A stretch of 61,237 bases of DNA, from contig JYFJ02002196.1 in the NCBI GenBank assembly GCA_000934665.2, forward strand, positions 1 to 61,237, written 5' to 3'. Below, one piece after another: positions 1 through 17,790 of the stretch. The stretch is from Catajapyx aquilonaris (taxonomy: Eukaryota). The translations under genes were made by a program, and so were the position numbers. The notes under the pieces were generated by a model. The model saw only the letters and a program-made list of their open reading frames with translations, did no database searches and was not told the origin of the DNA. Every line of letters begins with the position of its first letter. The stretch's first letter is position 1.

Positions 1-1081
1 AAAATGACAACATTTCCATGGAATTGTTACCTCTTCTACGTATAATAAACGAAAAAATATCAACGCGCGAGTTGCTGCCTAATCAAAAAAAGAGAACAAC
101 TTTACGAGGCTACGCTGCAATTATTTTTGTAGGAAATTTTACTACGAAAGTAACTGTTATTTGCTAAACAGGCTGCACATGACAGCGCACACATTTCACG
201 AATATCATTATTATACAAAATGCCTGTGCTGTACATATACACTTTTTTGTATATATTGTACGTCATTCCAAACCATTTTTGTGTTGGTTTTTTGTGAGAG
301 GGTTTCACATAACTGCATCTGTAAAAGTCCTGAGGAGCATTCTCATTTTGTATTCCAATCGTGTATATCATTGTGCCTGCGGTACAATAATGAGGAGAAA
401 CAAGTAGAATACAGGGTTCGATTTAATTCGTCGTATAGGAATAATTACACAACAATAATGTGGAAGGACAGAAAGAAAGCGGCGCATTAATTAATAAGCG
501 TAGAACTTTAGCCCTTCCTCACCAAGTCGATTCATTATTAAATATTCACAGCCTTAAACTTACACAACAGATAGACTGATTTTAAGTAGAGTATTTAAAG
601 AAAATAGGGAGAGAGAGATCGCAACCTCCTTCTCTCCTTTCCACATTCTAAAAAGCTTGTCTTCTTATTATTGTAGAGATACAAAACAAAGGTTCATTAA
701 TTAGCACTGATTTTACGCGTCAGCTGTATAAATCGAACTCTGCTAGTACAATAAAAACTGGGTTTTTGCAAGATTACCTGGGTGTCACCTAAATCCTTTC
801 ATTTGGAGGCCTGTCGTGCATCAGACGTGACAGCGGATTTCCCCTCCTCCCACACCAGCTATATGTCAACCAAATATCTGGGTTAACGTACTACTACTGC
901 ATCGCAAATACTACATTTATTCCGAAATAATGCCGAACAAGAGTGTAACGAATCAAATGTGGCAAGGTCGGCATAATATTTTCTCATACCTATGGCTGGA
1001 AAATCCGAAGTGGACGCCATATATAACATGACCCAATAAAGTCCTGGCCACCAGTCGCGGTTATTGGTTGTAGCCATCATC

Positions 1082-4403
<3,322 letters not shown>

Positions 4404-5129
4404 GTGATGGCACATAATGTGTATTGATGAATAAATAATTTTTATACAATATGGCATACGTCGTGCAGTTTTCTCAGATTTCCTTTTTTTCTCTCGGTGA
4501 ATGAAGGTACAGGGTCCGTCACGCATCGAACCGAAGCCTGAACCAATGTAAGTTACTCTTCTCAGCTTGTATAATAAAGGTGCAGCTCTGGCTTGTCTCC
4601 ATCATCAAGGAATAAACTGATTATTTTGACACAACGCTCTTGAACTCGAACTGACTGAGAATTTCATTCAATTGCCTTTCGTCAGGTTGTCCATCCGTGA
4701 TTTCAGATTCAGTCCCAAAAATGGTCTTGACCATATTCTCTGCAAGAACAACACCTATAACTTTATTTCGTAAAGGTGGCCACCCCTCACAAACGATTTA
4801 GCCAGTCAGTAATATGATTTTGGCAACTGACATCAATGTAGGGCAGTGATATAACAAGTGTTTCCACACAGAAATATGCATTTCCCCCTTATTAAAGTAC
4901 CAACCAGACAAAAAAAGTGTGTGTGCAGTTCATTGAATCTAACAATCGGAATATGTCACAAATCTGAATATCAATGCTCATTGTCACGATAAATATAAAG
5001 GCGCTTCCGCCATGCGCATATGCACAAATTGTACGCCTGGAAATTCCAGTGTGGCCTCCCAAGTGTTTTCGACGTAAATAAATACAGCCCGTGACATTGG
5101 ACAACAAGTCACTTGCTTTTCGACAGAAC

Positions 5130-7455
5130 ATGACGAACCGTGTGTTCACGCTGTGTTTCTCGATCGCGTTATGGGCTACTGAAGTTTTCACCCAAAATCC
5201 GGCCGTGACTGTCAATCAGTGCCGAATATTTGAGAGACGCCAGTCACCTCAACCACCTCCTCCAACCCCACCCTGCGATCCCAACAACGTGACATGTCTG
5301 GACACTTTTCCGGCTAATTTTCAGTGGGGCGTGGCGTCTTCTGCTTACCAGATTGAAGGAGCTTGGAATGTCGATGGTAAGTTTTTCCAACCCATGTCTT
5401 TATTTTTTTTGGCTTTATGTTCTCCTAGGCTACCACATTCTATGATAACGTCGTGTAATGTGCGATTTAAAAAAATGTCGTTAACATTTTTCAGGCAAAA
5501 GCCCCAGCATATGGGACAACTTTACTCAACAGGTTCCGAGTCCGATAGTGGACAACTCGACCGGTAATGATGCGGATTTGTCGTACACCCTGTACCCACG
5601 AGACGTACAGATGGTTGGAGAGCTGAGGGCTGGATTCTACCTGTTCTCCATTGCTTGGACCCGGATCCTTCCAACGGGCGATCCCAACAATGTCAACCAA
5701 CTTGGAGTGAACTATTACAACAATCTCATCAATAACTTGGTCGCCAACAATATCACACCTGTGGTAATTAGACTTTTTGACTTCATTTTAATGCTTACTC
5801 AAATAACAACCTTACACGTATACAATGTGTGTTTTTGTATCTCATGGGCTTTCTCCTTAGGCAACAATGTACCATTACGACATGATACAGTCTCTTCAAG
5901 CAAATTTCGGCGGATTTATGAACCAGCAAAGCGTCGAGTACTTCGCAAATTACTCCAGAACTTGCTTCAGGCTATTTGGAGACCGCGTAAGTAGCTCGCA
6001 TTAGTTCTGCTTTCACGCTTTGAATTTACACGTGCTTTCAGGTGAAGCTTTGGATCACCTTGTACGACCCTAATTTTCACGCCTATTTTGGCTACGGACT
6101 TGGTGTAGACGCGCCAGGATTAACATTAGACAGTGTCGGACCTTACATGGCTGGACATTTCATGTTGCAAGCCCACGCAAGAGCATGGGAAATATACAAT
6201 CAGGAATTCAGGCAAACTCAACAAGGTATCGAGTAAACTAAATATTATTGACAAAAAAAAGACAGTAACTGAGCCCAGAATTTGATCACATTGGAAGGTC
6301 GTGTCGGAATCAGCATTTGGGCCGAATGGTACGAGCCTCTGACCAACAGCACAGATGACTTAGCTGCAACTCAACGAGCATTGGCATTTATGGTATACTG
6401 CATATTACTGTACATGTCCAAAACATTGTTTTGTATACAAATATAACCTGATATTATTTTCAGAATGACTGGCTGATTAACCCGATCTGTAATACTTTGG
6501 GTGATTACCCGCCTCTGATGAGAACCAGTGTGGACGCAAGGAGCCAACAGCAAGGTCTCCGGATATCACGTCTTCCGGTACTGACTCCGGATTGGATTCA
6601 GAGGATCAGAGGTTTGGAAAATACGCGATTGTGGGAAGGAAAAAAGCTTCATAGCTTATTCGTTACAGGTTCCATCGACTTTATTGCCGTAAGTCATTTC
6701 GTCACGTACCAAGTGACTGTAGACAACGGCACTGCCGACAATGAGATACAACGAGACGGAAATTTTTCATTTATCTGCATGGATGGCCAGCCTTCTTCTG
6801 TCTTGGGTGCTGGCGTAAGTTATATTCAATTTGAACTAGTCCAACTGTAGGCATTATCTAAAATCCAAAATGAGAAGCAGTGATTCTTTCTGGCTCCCTG
6901 ATTGGATGTGTCATTACAGGTTAACCCTGAAGGGTTTAGGCAACTGCTCAACTGGGTACGGCAACAATGTCCAAATGTACCTATCGCAGTTAGCGCAAAC
7001 GGATATGCGAGTCGGAACGAAGGTGTAACGGATGTTGGAAGGATCGCATACCTTACAGTAATATATACATAATGTCATATTAATGAGAGAATATATAATA
7101 ATATGTGTGGCACGTCTTTCCAGGCTTACTTAAGAGCATTGCTAGATGCAATTAGAATTGATGGCATCAACGTGTTTGCGTATGCAGTTTCGACACTGAT
7201 GGACAGCTTTTATTGGGACAGAGGATACACGTCAGTATCCAAATTAAAATATTATTCCTTCACACGAAGCTTACAAAAATGTATTTTTTTTTCAGGGTTG
7301 AGTATGGGTTATATGCAGTCGACTTCAACAGCACTGCAAGAACAAGGACTCCCAAGTTGTCAGCCAGCACTTACAGAAGCATCATTCAAAGAAACGGGTT
7401 CACTAAAAAGAAGCGCCTTACCCCAAACCGTTTCAAGAAACCTGGACGTCCATAA
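5130..7455 (+). CDS. GH1 paralog 2, secreted, predicted catalytically inactive
   Basis: Signal peptide and [20 protein letters not shown]. Exons splice in frame like paralog 1, but the acid/base motif reads TLYDP, the nucleophile motif VSANG and the C-terminal motif STLMDSFYW. Confidence 0.9.
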
Positions 7456-8147
7456 TTTATGATACAAATCCCTGTAAATCCATCTCTACTGTAAACACCA
7501 GCAGTGTTTGAAAGAAGATGCTGTTTGGATGACTAAAGTGTTGTTATGCCTAAGATGGAAAATAAATGAGTAAATGTTACGACACCGAGGTTTAATCTCT
7601 ATTGTACCTTGTACTGTACGCACAACTACACTACTAATTGAGAAAACTGTTTGTTTTCAAACCCTAGCACGCTTGCTACAAATCATATAGTTACACACTC
7701 CATGTGAAAATTTAATTCTAACCTAATCAACACTCAGAACTGTGCTTACTTGCTAATTTTTTTATGACTCGGCGGATTCGCTATAATCACAGTTCAACAT
7801 TCTTGGTTATGAGAACAAGGGCGAAACCTATAATTATCCGATACACACTCATACACGTCGCCTGTTATTCTTGCTATAGTGAATATTCACAGACGCCCTT
7901 TGTTTTCCCATTACTGATGTCATTACGGATTGTATCAATCGTGCTAAAGACTATTTAGGTTATTGGGCTGCACGATCATCCCGTCAAATAAACAGAGCTT
8001 CATTACCTGAATGACAAGAGGCCAAGGCCCAACGCATCCTATCCATTCTGAAAAACCCCATATCCGAGAAACAATGTCTCTAATAAGTAGTATTTTTGAC
8101 GCACTTCAGTCGATATCTACTGAGACTAGAGCTTGGTCTACAAAAAC

Positions 8148-10662
8148 ATGAAGACCAGCACATGTTGGTTTGTTGCTCTTTGTGCATCCCAATTACTTGC
8201 AATAGTCCTTAGCTTGCCGCCAGTGTCAGTGGACCAATGTCGAATTACGAGGAAGTCTCGACCTGAAGCATCATCGCCTCCGGATGTCCAAACAGAGCAG
8301 TTATGTGACGAGAATGGTCAGTGTGACTGGACATTCCCGAACGGATTTCTCTGGGGAGTTGGCAGTTCAGCTTACCAAGTTGAAGGAGCTTGGAATGTCG
8401 ATGGTAATTAACTTACTCGATTTAATGACTTTTTATGACTTCCACTTCCATGATTCATAAAATATTGCCTCAACCTGACTCCAGGAAAGGGTCCTAGTAT
8501 TTGGGACACATTTACTCACCGTGTTCCCAACCCAATAAGAGATAATTCCACTGGAGACGTGGCAGATGCGTCATATTACTTGTACCAGAGAGACCTACAG
8601 ATGCTCAATGAACTCAACGTGCAAATTTTCCGGATGTCAATTTCTTGGTCGCGAATCCTACCGACCGGTGACATAAATAATGTCAACATGTTAGGAGTCA
8701 GATATTACAATCGTGTTATAGATGGTCTCATCGCCAGCAATATTACACCCGTGGTAGGAATATTTGATATTCTTGGAAGTGTGATTTCGACTAATTGAGA
8801 CGTGACATTGTTCATGACTTTCAGGTGACCCTGTACCACTGGGACGTACCTGAAATCCTCCACAGCACCTTTGGAGGTTTTTTGAGCGAGAGAATTTTGG
8901 GGGTTTTCTTAAATTATGCTCGACTCTGCTTCCAACTTTTTGGAGATCGGGTAAGGTTGGACTGAGTTTTTATGTACAACAATCAATAGCGTATGTTCAT
9001 TTGTAAGACCCCAAAAAACAGCTACTGTACACGCTTTGGTAATATATTTTGTTGCAGGTGAAATTCTGGATAACAATCAATGAGGCAAATGCAATCCCAC
9101 TGCTGGGTTACGGTTCCGGTTTACTGGCACCGGGGCTCACAAATGACACTTTCTACCCTTACATGGTCGGACATATTTTCCTTCAAGCCCACGCTTTGGT
9201 ATGGGAGATGTACAACAATGAGTTTCGACCATACCAGCAAGGTGTGTATTATAGTCTTGAATATAAAGCCTATAGTTTAGAAATTTCGTTCTCCATCTTC
9301 TTCATTAAACTCTGGAGTATTCCACTAGATTGACAGTTCCATGATCTGGATATTATTGTCACAAATTTGTGGTTGCAAATTTTATTGGCCACTGTATTTT
9401 CGTAATGATGGAACCGTAATTGTGAATAAAACTGTATTATAATGATCTATTAATTCCACATCTAACAGGCCAAGTCGGCTTATCCTATTTGATTGAATCA
9501 TTCGTTCCGGCTTCAGACACTGAAGCGGACAGGGAAGCTAGAGAGAGAACAGAAACCTTTACCGTAAGTACGACACATTTTGCTGGAAAATCTGCATCGC
9601 GGACTATTACAAAATGTTGTTATTCAGGTTCAATATAAACATTTTTAGAGCGGTTGGTTGTTGAATCCTGTATGTTCTCCGGAAGGTGACTACCCTCCTC
9701 TTATGAGAAGCATTGTAGACAGAAGAAGCGAACTGCAAGGATTGTCACAATCACGACTCCCTGTATTGGCCCCTGAATGGATCACCAGGATACGAGGTAG
9801 GCAGAGAAGTCACTTTCTCCTTGCATGACTAATTTTTTTGTGCACACATTTACAGGATCAGTCGACTTCTTAGGAATCAATCATTACTCCACCTATCAAG
9901 TGAGTGAACTCACATCGCCCAGTCAATTATCACCATTGGCTCCGGGATTGCAACAAGACGCAAATTCCGCAATCACTTGCCTGCAAGGAGTGCCAATTAC
10001 ACCTCAAGGATTTACGGTATAATCTTCTGCACGATTTATTTCATACGATTTAGAATATTGTTCATTTTATAAGGAAAAAACGACTAGGTCACAATAAATG
10101 AAAAAAATAATAATGTGCACAATAATTATATGTGAAATGTTATTCAGGTAGACCCACCTGGATTTCGACGTGTGCTCAACTGGGTACAAAATCTCTGCGG
10201 GAACCTTCCCATCATGATCGCCGAAAATGGTTACTCTAATCTGGGAGGTCTCGAGGACCAAGACAGAATTAACTTCTACACTGTGAGACAATTCTGAGCG
10301 AATTCATTGTAGCAAGAGTAATGAGTGTCCATTTGCAGTCATACCTCCGCGAACTTTGGAATGCAATACAAGACGGGGCTAACGTCACTGCCTACATGGC
10401 CTGGACACTAATGGACGCCTTTGAATGGAACAATGGATTCAGGTACAGTCATAACTCATTGTTTTATGTAACTTCGTCAAACTACTGTTATAATGAGTTG
10501 AATTCTGCTTACAGCCTTAGATTTGGGTTTTACGAAGTGAATTTCGACGATCCGTCCAGGACAAGGACGCCCAGATTGTCAGCTGCATTTTACCGAGAGG
10601 TCATCGCTAACAATGGTCTGAGACTTAGATCACGTGTCTCGGATCCGAAAAGGAGACGCTGA
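8148..10662 (+). CDS. GH1 paralog 3, secreted
   Basis: Signal peptide MKTSTCWFVALCASQLLAIVLS; motifs TINEAN, IAENG, WTLMDAFEW; ends DPKRRR*. Confidence 0.92.
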
Positions 10663-11836
10663 CTGTTTTTACAAGACTATTGTACTGGCATGTAAAGAGC
10701 TGTGATGATTGTAATAAAAAAATGATAACTATACTCTAATAAGGAGTCCTTTGGAATATTTTGTATTTATGATGAACACTTGTGAAACGGGATTAAAACA
10801 GTCCGATTTTGCTAAACTCGCTTGAACGTTATTGCCATTTCATATTTTCATAATTCCTTTTCTCATGTTCTAAAGACATCAGGTCAATATCCTAATTAGT
10901 TTCAGTCATTCAAATAGAGTAATTAATAGAGTCGCACAAAAAATTACTATGCATGAGAACTGATGATATTTGCAATGGAATGGGACGTAGAGTATCTCTT
11001 TGAGCTCTACTCATACCATTTGACAGGAATTATTATTATTTATGGGAGGACATATCGGCCCAAGAAAGCAACAATCTTCTGGAGGTAAACCACGGTCAGT
11101 CAAATAAAGGATAGATTTTATTTTGCATTTTTATGAAGCCTGATGGAGAACGCAAATAAATGAAAGACATTCGTAACGTGTATAGGTGTATTTATTTATG
11201 TATTTACTAAAAGTTGCATCCCGAATTGTGCCAAAAATATAGTTTTATCTTTTGAAAATGTGTCTTGTGGATTCTAAAAGTACTATAGTACGATCACACT
11301 ATCTTTTTTTGCTACCACTAGTTTCTCGCGCCATAAATGTTGTGATATTTCCGTCCAGGGCACTAAGAGATTAATACATCTCTGTCCTTTGATCACTAGA
11401 ACACTCCCATTGTTATGAAATTGCATGTCCTGTCATTTCGGACACTATCACCGTCCTGCACTCAAGATAATTTTAGGTTATTGGAATGAGAATGCCCGGA
11501 TTCAGGTCAGCAATGCCTCATGTCATAACAAAATACTAATGACACTGCCTTTAATCAGCAAATCGAATTGACACAATATGTACTCACTCATTACATAATG
11601 TGAAAATTAGAGTGACGGTTATTTGGGTCATGATGATTGATGGGGATAAAACCTTCGGAACGTATTGCTCTCGACGTATTTGCGTTACTAACCAGCATGG
11701 GGCCAAGGCCCCATGCATAACATCTCATTAATGCCTGGAAATTCCTCGCTAGTAATTAATTGTCAAGAAAACATTGCCAGCAGCCTCATTTCTGCAGCAA
11801 TACAGTCGGACTCTGATGAGTGTAATGCACAAAACA

Positions 11837-14409
11837 ATGAAGCACACGGTACTCTGTATTGTTGCTCTCTGTATATCGGAGTTCCTTGGGCCTGTTCTGA
11901 GTGTGCCATTGACAGTGTCGATAGGCCAGTGCCGAATTAGAAGGAAGCCTCGTCCGCCGATAAGTGAACAGCAGTGTGACGACGAGAGTGGACAGTGTCA
12001 ATGGACATTTCCGGAAGGATTTCTCTGGGGAGTAGCCACATCTGCCTATCAGGTTGAAGGGGCATGGGATGTTGATGGTAATATGCTTCACTCCTCCAAC
12101 ATTCAACGATACTTGGTAGATCGAATTAATCCTGCAATGAATAATTTTTCTCTCTGCAGGAAAAGGTCCTAGTATTTGGGACACATTTACTCATCAAGTT
12201 CCCAGCCCAATAAGAGATAATTCCACTGGAGATGTGGCAGATGCGTCATATTACTTGTACCAGAGAGACCTGCAGATGCTCAATGAACTCAACGTGCAAG
12301 CCTATCGATTCTCCATTTCCTGGTCTCGGATTCTGCCGTCTGGGGACATAAGTAACGTCAATATGTTAGGGGTCCGATATTACAATCGTGTGATCGACGG
12401 TCTCATCGCCAGCAATATCACTCCCGTGGTAATAACGCTGTGACTGAATTATGTAGTAATAATGCTCTGATTAAATTATTATTTGACGAAAATCGTTGAG
12501 TATAAATTGCTCTCCCTGATGTGGGGACAATTAGTGCTAGTCAGACAAAATATGTGCTGCACTTCTAATCGTCTGCCATAAACAATTTGGCAGAATAATT
12601 ACCATTGCTTTTCAGGTAACTCTGTACCACTGGGACACGCCTCAGATTCTGCAAGATCAGTTTGGAGGCTTCTTGAGTGAGAGAATTCTGGACAATTTTG
12701 TAAATTACTCACGACTCTGCTTCCAACTTTTTGGGGACAGGGTAAGATCTTATGTCAATGTAGACCCACGCTAATCCAGATTCTGTGGCACATAACATCA
12801 ATAAGTTATCTGTATCAGGGTTATTCTTGTACAGTTTTTAACAATGCATAAACTGCCTGCTATTTGAACGGCCACTAATATAGTCATTTCCCTTCAAAAA
12901 ACCAATAGGCTATCAACATAACAGTAATGATGCTTTCAGGTGAAATACTGGATAACAATGAATGAGGCAAATATTGCCCCTTTGTTCGGCTATGGCACCG
13001 GTCTCCTGGCACCTGGGCTAAGAAACGGATCATATTACCCTTACATAGTTGGGCAGACCACAATACAAGCCCATGCATTGGTATGGGAGATGTACAACAG
13101 AGAATTTCGATCGAGTCAACAAGGTGCATATTCAAAGGCAATATTTGCTACAAACGTTGCAGCACACTGTAATCAATTTTTTACAGGCCAAATAGGAATA
13201 TCTTTACTGATTGAATCGTTTGTACCTGCTTCTAACACTGAAGCAGACAGAGAAGCTACAGAAAGAGCAGACGCCTTTTACGTAAAGTGAATTTATTATC
13301 ATATAGTCTGATTTTTGCAAAGGGGATCATAACTACTGGTCACGTAGTTGGGTATATTCTAAACATCGTTTGGTCAAAATGTTAACTTCTGAATTTCCTT
13401 TACAGAACGCATGGTTGCTGAATCCAATATGTTCTCCAGAGGGTAATTATCCTCCATTAATGAGAAGTGAAATGGACAGAAGAAGCGAACTTCAAGGGTT
13501 GTCACAATCACGTCTCCCTGTGTTGTCTCCTGAATGGATCGGCAGAATTAGAGGTATTTGGCAGTAATATTTAGTGATCCAGTTGCAGTTAAAGGTTCTG
13601 ACTTACATTACATTATTTTCTGAAACTAATTTTTCGCAGGATCTATCGACTTTTTAGGACTGAATCATTATGCCACATATCAAGTGAGCCAACTCACAAC
13701 CCCTGGAAATCTGACTTTGCTTCCAGACTTGCAGTTAGACGGGGACTTTCAAGGCACTTGCCTGCAGGGTGTGCCAATTACCCCTGAAGGATTTACTGTA
13801 ATATTATTTCCAAAATTTGTCTTGGGAGACAAATAACTTCTTCATAATGTTGCTCGTAACGTAACAGTGGTTTTACTTTGTTCAGGTGGACCCAGCTGGA
13901 TTTCGGCGTGTCCTGAACTGGGCTAAAAATTTCTGCAAGGATATCCCTATTATGGTTACTGAAAATGGTTTCTCGAATCTGGGAGGGCTCGACGACCAGG
14001 ACAGGATTAATTTCTTTTTTGTGAGTCATGTTACGCGATTACCTCCCGATTGTAAGTGAAATGACGAAGGCGAATTATTTTTTAGTCATACCTACGGGAA
14101 CTCTGGAATGCAATACAAGACGGAGTCAACGTGATTGGATACATGGCGTGGGCGCTTATGGACAACTTTGAATGGGAGAATGGTTACATGTGCGCCAGTA
14201 TTAACATATTCTTTCAGATTTTTGTTAACATTCTTGTTGAACGAATTTTTCTCCCACGCAGGCTTAAGTTCGGTTTTTATCAAGTGGATTTCAATGACCC
14301 GTCAAGGACGAGGACACCCAGGGCGTCTGCTACTTTTTACCGAGATGTCATTACTAACAATGGGTTACAGTCCAGATCAAGGGCCTTTAAATCCCGTGTG
14401 AGGCTTTGA
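11837..14409 (+). CDS. GH1 paralog 4, secreted
   Basis: Signal peptide [22 protein letters not shown]; motifs [20 protein letters not shown]; ends KSRVRL*. Confidence 0.92.
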
Positions 14410-15154
14410 CTGTGCATTTGTTCAAAGCCATTTTTACCACAGAAGGAACCAAGTGGCTTGACTGACCTATTAAGGAGGTGTGGAAAATAAAAAAATTTAA
14501 CCAATCTTTTCCTTTCATAAAATGCCATCAGCAGTCACTATAATCACAGATGGATCGGAATTGATAGTAATGTGCACGGGTGACCCTTTTTCCGTCCCTT
14601 CATTCCACGACTATGGGTTCAAGTCACTGTAGCTCCGAAAATACGGACTATACGTGGAAAAGGTAAGTCCACTTTATATACTCTATGTAGAATACATATT
14701 ATTTTCTCTACAACCTTTCGCATACCAACCTGTCATTTCGGACACTATCACCTGCACTCGAGATAATTTTAGATTATTGGAATGAGAATGCACGGATTCA
14801 GGTCAGCAATTCTTCATGGCATAACAAAAATAAGTCAGCCTGATTGTTACATTGCAGAGTGTTATTACTAATGACAGTGCCTTTAATAAGGAAATGGACA
14901 TGACACAATATGTACTAACTCATTACATAATGTGACAATCATAGTGGCGGTTATTTGGGTCATGCTGGGAATAAAAGCTTCGGGACGTATTGCTCTCAAT
15001 GTTTCTGAGTCTCTAACCGGCATGGGGCCACGGCCCCATGCATAACAACTCATTACTGCCTGGAAATTCCTCGCTAGTAATTAATTGTTCAGAATACATT
15101 GCCAGCAGCCTCATTTCTGCAGCAATACAGTCGGACTCTGATGGGTGCAAAATA

Positions 15155-17790
15155 ATGAAGCACACCGTACTCTGTATTGTTGCTCTCTGTACAGCGGAGT
15201 TCCTTGGGCCTGTTCTGAGTGTGCCATTGACAGTGTCGATAGGCCAGTGCCGAATTAGAAGGAAGCCTCGTCCGCCGATATGTGAACAGCAGTGTGACGA
15301 CGAGAGTGGACAGTGTCAATGGACATTTCCGGAAGGATTTCTCTGGGGAGTAGCCACATCTGCCTTTCAGGTTGAAGGGGCATGGGATGTTGATGGTAAT
15401 ATTTTTTCACTCCTCCAACATTCCAACGTTACTTGATATATTGCACTAGAAAATTAAGATTGAATTAATCCTGCATTGAATCATTCTTTTCTCTGCAGGA
15501 AAAGGTCCTAGTATTTGGGACACATTTACTCATCAAGTTCCCAGCCCAATAAGAGATAATTCCACTGGAGATGTGGCAGATGCGTCATATTACTTGTACC
15601 AGAGAGACCTGCAGATGCTCAATGAACTCAACGTGCAAGCCTATCGATTCTCCATTGCCTGGTCTCGGATCCTGCCGTCTGGGGACATAAGTAACGTCAA
15701 TATGTTAGGGGTCCAATATTACAATCGTGTGATCGACGGTCTCATCGCCAGCAATATCACACCCGTGGTAATGACGCTGTGACTGAATTATGTAGTAATA
15801 ATGCTCTAATTAAATTATTATTATTTGAGGAAAATCGTTTAAATTGCTCTCCCTGATGTGGAGACAATTAGTGCTAGATCAGACAAAACATGTTCCGCAC
15901 CTCTAATCATCTGCCATAAACAGTGTGACAAAATAATTACCATTGCTTTTCAGGTAACTCTGTACCACTGGGACACGCCTCAGATTCTGCAAGATCAGTT
16001 TGGAGGCTTCTTGAGTGAGAGAATTTTGGACAATTTTGTAAATTACTCACGACTCTGCTTCCAACTTTTTGGGGACAGGGTAAGATACGTATTATGCTAG
16101 TGTAGATCCACGCTAATCCTCTTCTTCCTATAACAAAATAATTTCGGCGGATTCTTTGGCACATAACATCAAGTTATCTGGATCAGGGTTATTCTTGTAC
16201 AATATTATTTTAAAAATGCATAAACTGGCTGCTACTTGAATGGCCACTAATATACATTTCCCTTCAAAAAACCAATCTCAACATAACAGAAGTGATGCTT
16301 TCAGGTGAAAAACTGGATAACACTTAACGAGGCAAATATCGCCCCTTTGTTCGGTTATGGCACCGGTCTCCTGGCACCTGGGCTAAGAAACGGATCATAT
16401 TACCCTTACATAGTTGGGCAGATCATGTTACAAGCCCATGCATTGGTATGGGAGATGTATAACAGAGAATTTCGATCCAGTCAACAAGGTGCGTATGAAT
16501 TCAAAGGCAATATTTTCTACAAACTTTGTAGCACACCGTAATTAAGTTTTTGTACAGGCCAAATAGGAATATCTTTACTGATTGAATCGTTTGTACCTAC
16601 TTCTAACACTGAAGCAGACCGAGAAGCTACAGAGAGAGCAGACGCATTTTACGTAAGTGAATTTATTATCAGATAGTGTGATTTTTGCAGGGTGGATCAG
16701 AATTACTGGTCAAGTAGTTGGGTATATTTTAAACATTGTTTGGTAAAAATTTTAATTTCTGAATTTCCTTTACAGAATGCATGGCTGCTGCATCCAATAT
16801 GTTCTCCAGAGGGTGATTATCCTCCATTAATGAGAAGGGAAATGGACAGAAGAAGCGAGCTTCAAGGGTTGTCACAATCACGTCTCCCTGTGTTGACTCC
16901 TGAATGGATCACCAGAATTAGAGGTATTTTGCAGTCATATTTTGTGATCCCGGACCAAGCTACAGTTGCTGTTAACGTTCTGACAAGGGGTCTGACTTAC
17001 ATTATTTTCTGAAAATAATATTTTCGCAGGATCTATCGACTTTTTAGGACTGAATCATTATGCCACATATCAAGTTAGCCAACTCACAACCCCTGGAAAT
17101 CTGACTTTGGTTCCAGACTTGCAGTTAGACGGGGACTTTCAAGGCACTTGCCTGCAGGGTGTGCCAATTACCCCTGAAGGATTTACTGTAATATTTCCAA
17201 AAATTGTCTTGGAAGACAAATAACTTATTCATAATGTTGCTCGTAACGTAACAGTGGTTTTACTTTGTTCAGGTGGACCCACCTGGATTTCGGCGTGTCC
17301 TGAACTGGGCTAAAAATTTCTGCAAGGATATCCCTATTATGGTTACCGAAAATGGTTTCTCGAATCTGGGAGGGCTCGACGACCAGGACAGGATTAATTT
17401 CTTTTTTGTGAGTCACGTTACGCGATTACCTTCGATTGTAAGTGAAATGACGAAGGCGCATTATTTTTCAGTCATACTTACGGGAACTCTGGAATGCAAT
17501 ACAAGACGGAGTCAACGTGATTGGATACATCGCGTGGTCGCTCATGGACAACTTTGAATTGGCCAATGGTTACATGTGCGCCAGTATTGACATATTTTTC
17601 AGATTTTGTGTAGCATGCTTAATGAATTTTTCTCCCACACAGACTAAAGTTCGGTTTTTATCAAGTGGATTTCGATGACCCGTCAAGGACGAGGACACCC
17701 AGGTCGTCTGCTGCTTTTTACCGAGATGTCGTTACTAACAATGGGTTACAGTACAAATCAAGGGCCTTTAAATCCCGTGTCAGGCTTTGA
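15155..17790 (+). CDS. GH1 paralog 5, secreted, recent tandem duplicate of paralog 4
   Basis: Exons and introns align with paralog 4; motifs TLNEAN, VTENG; DNFEL instead of DNFEW. Confidence 0.92.

Noticed and set aside
14401..14409. C-terminal VRL as a peroxisomal signal in GH1 paralogs 4 and 5
   Set aside because: Poor PTS1 match, and the proteins have N-terminal signal peptides.
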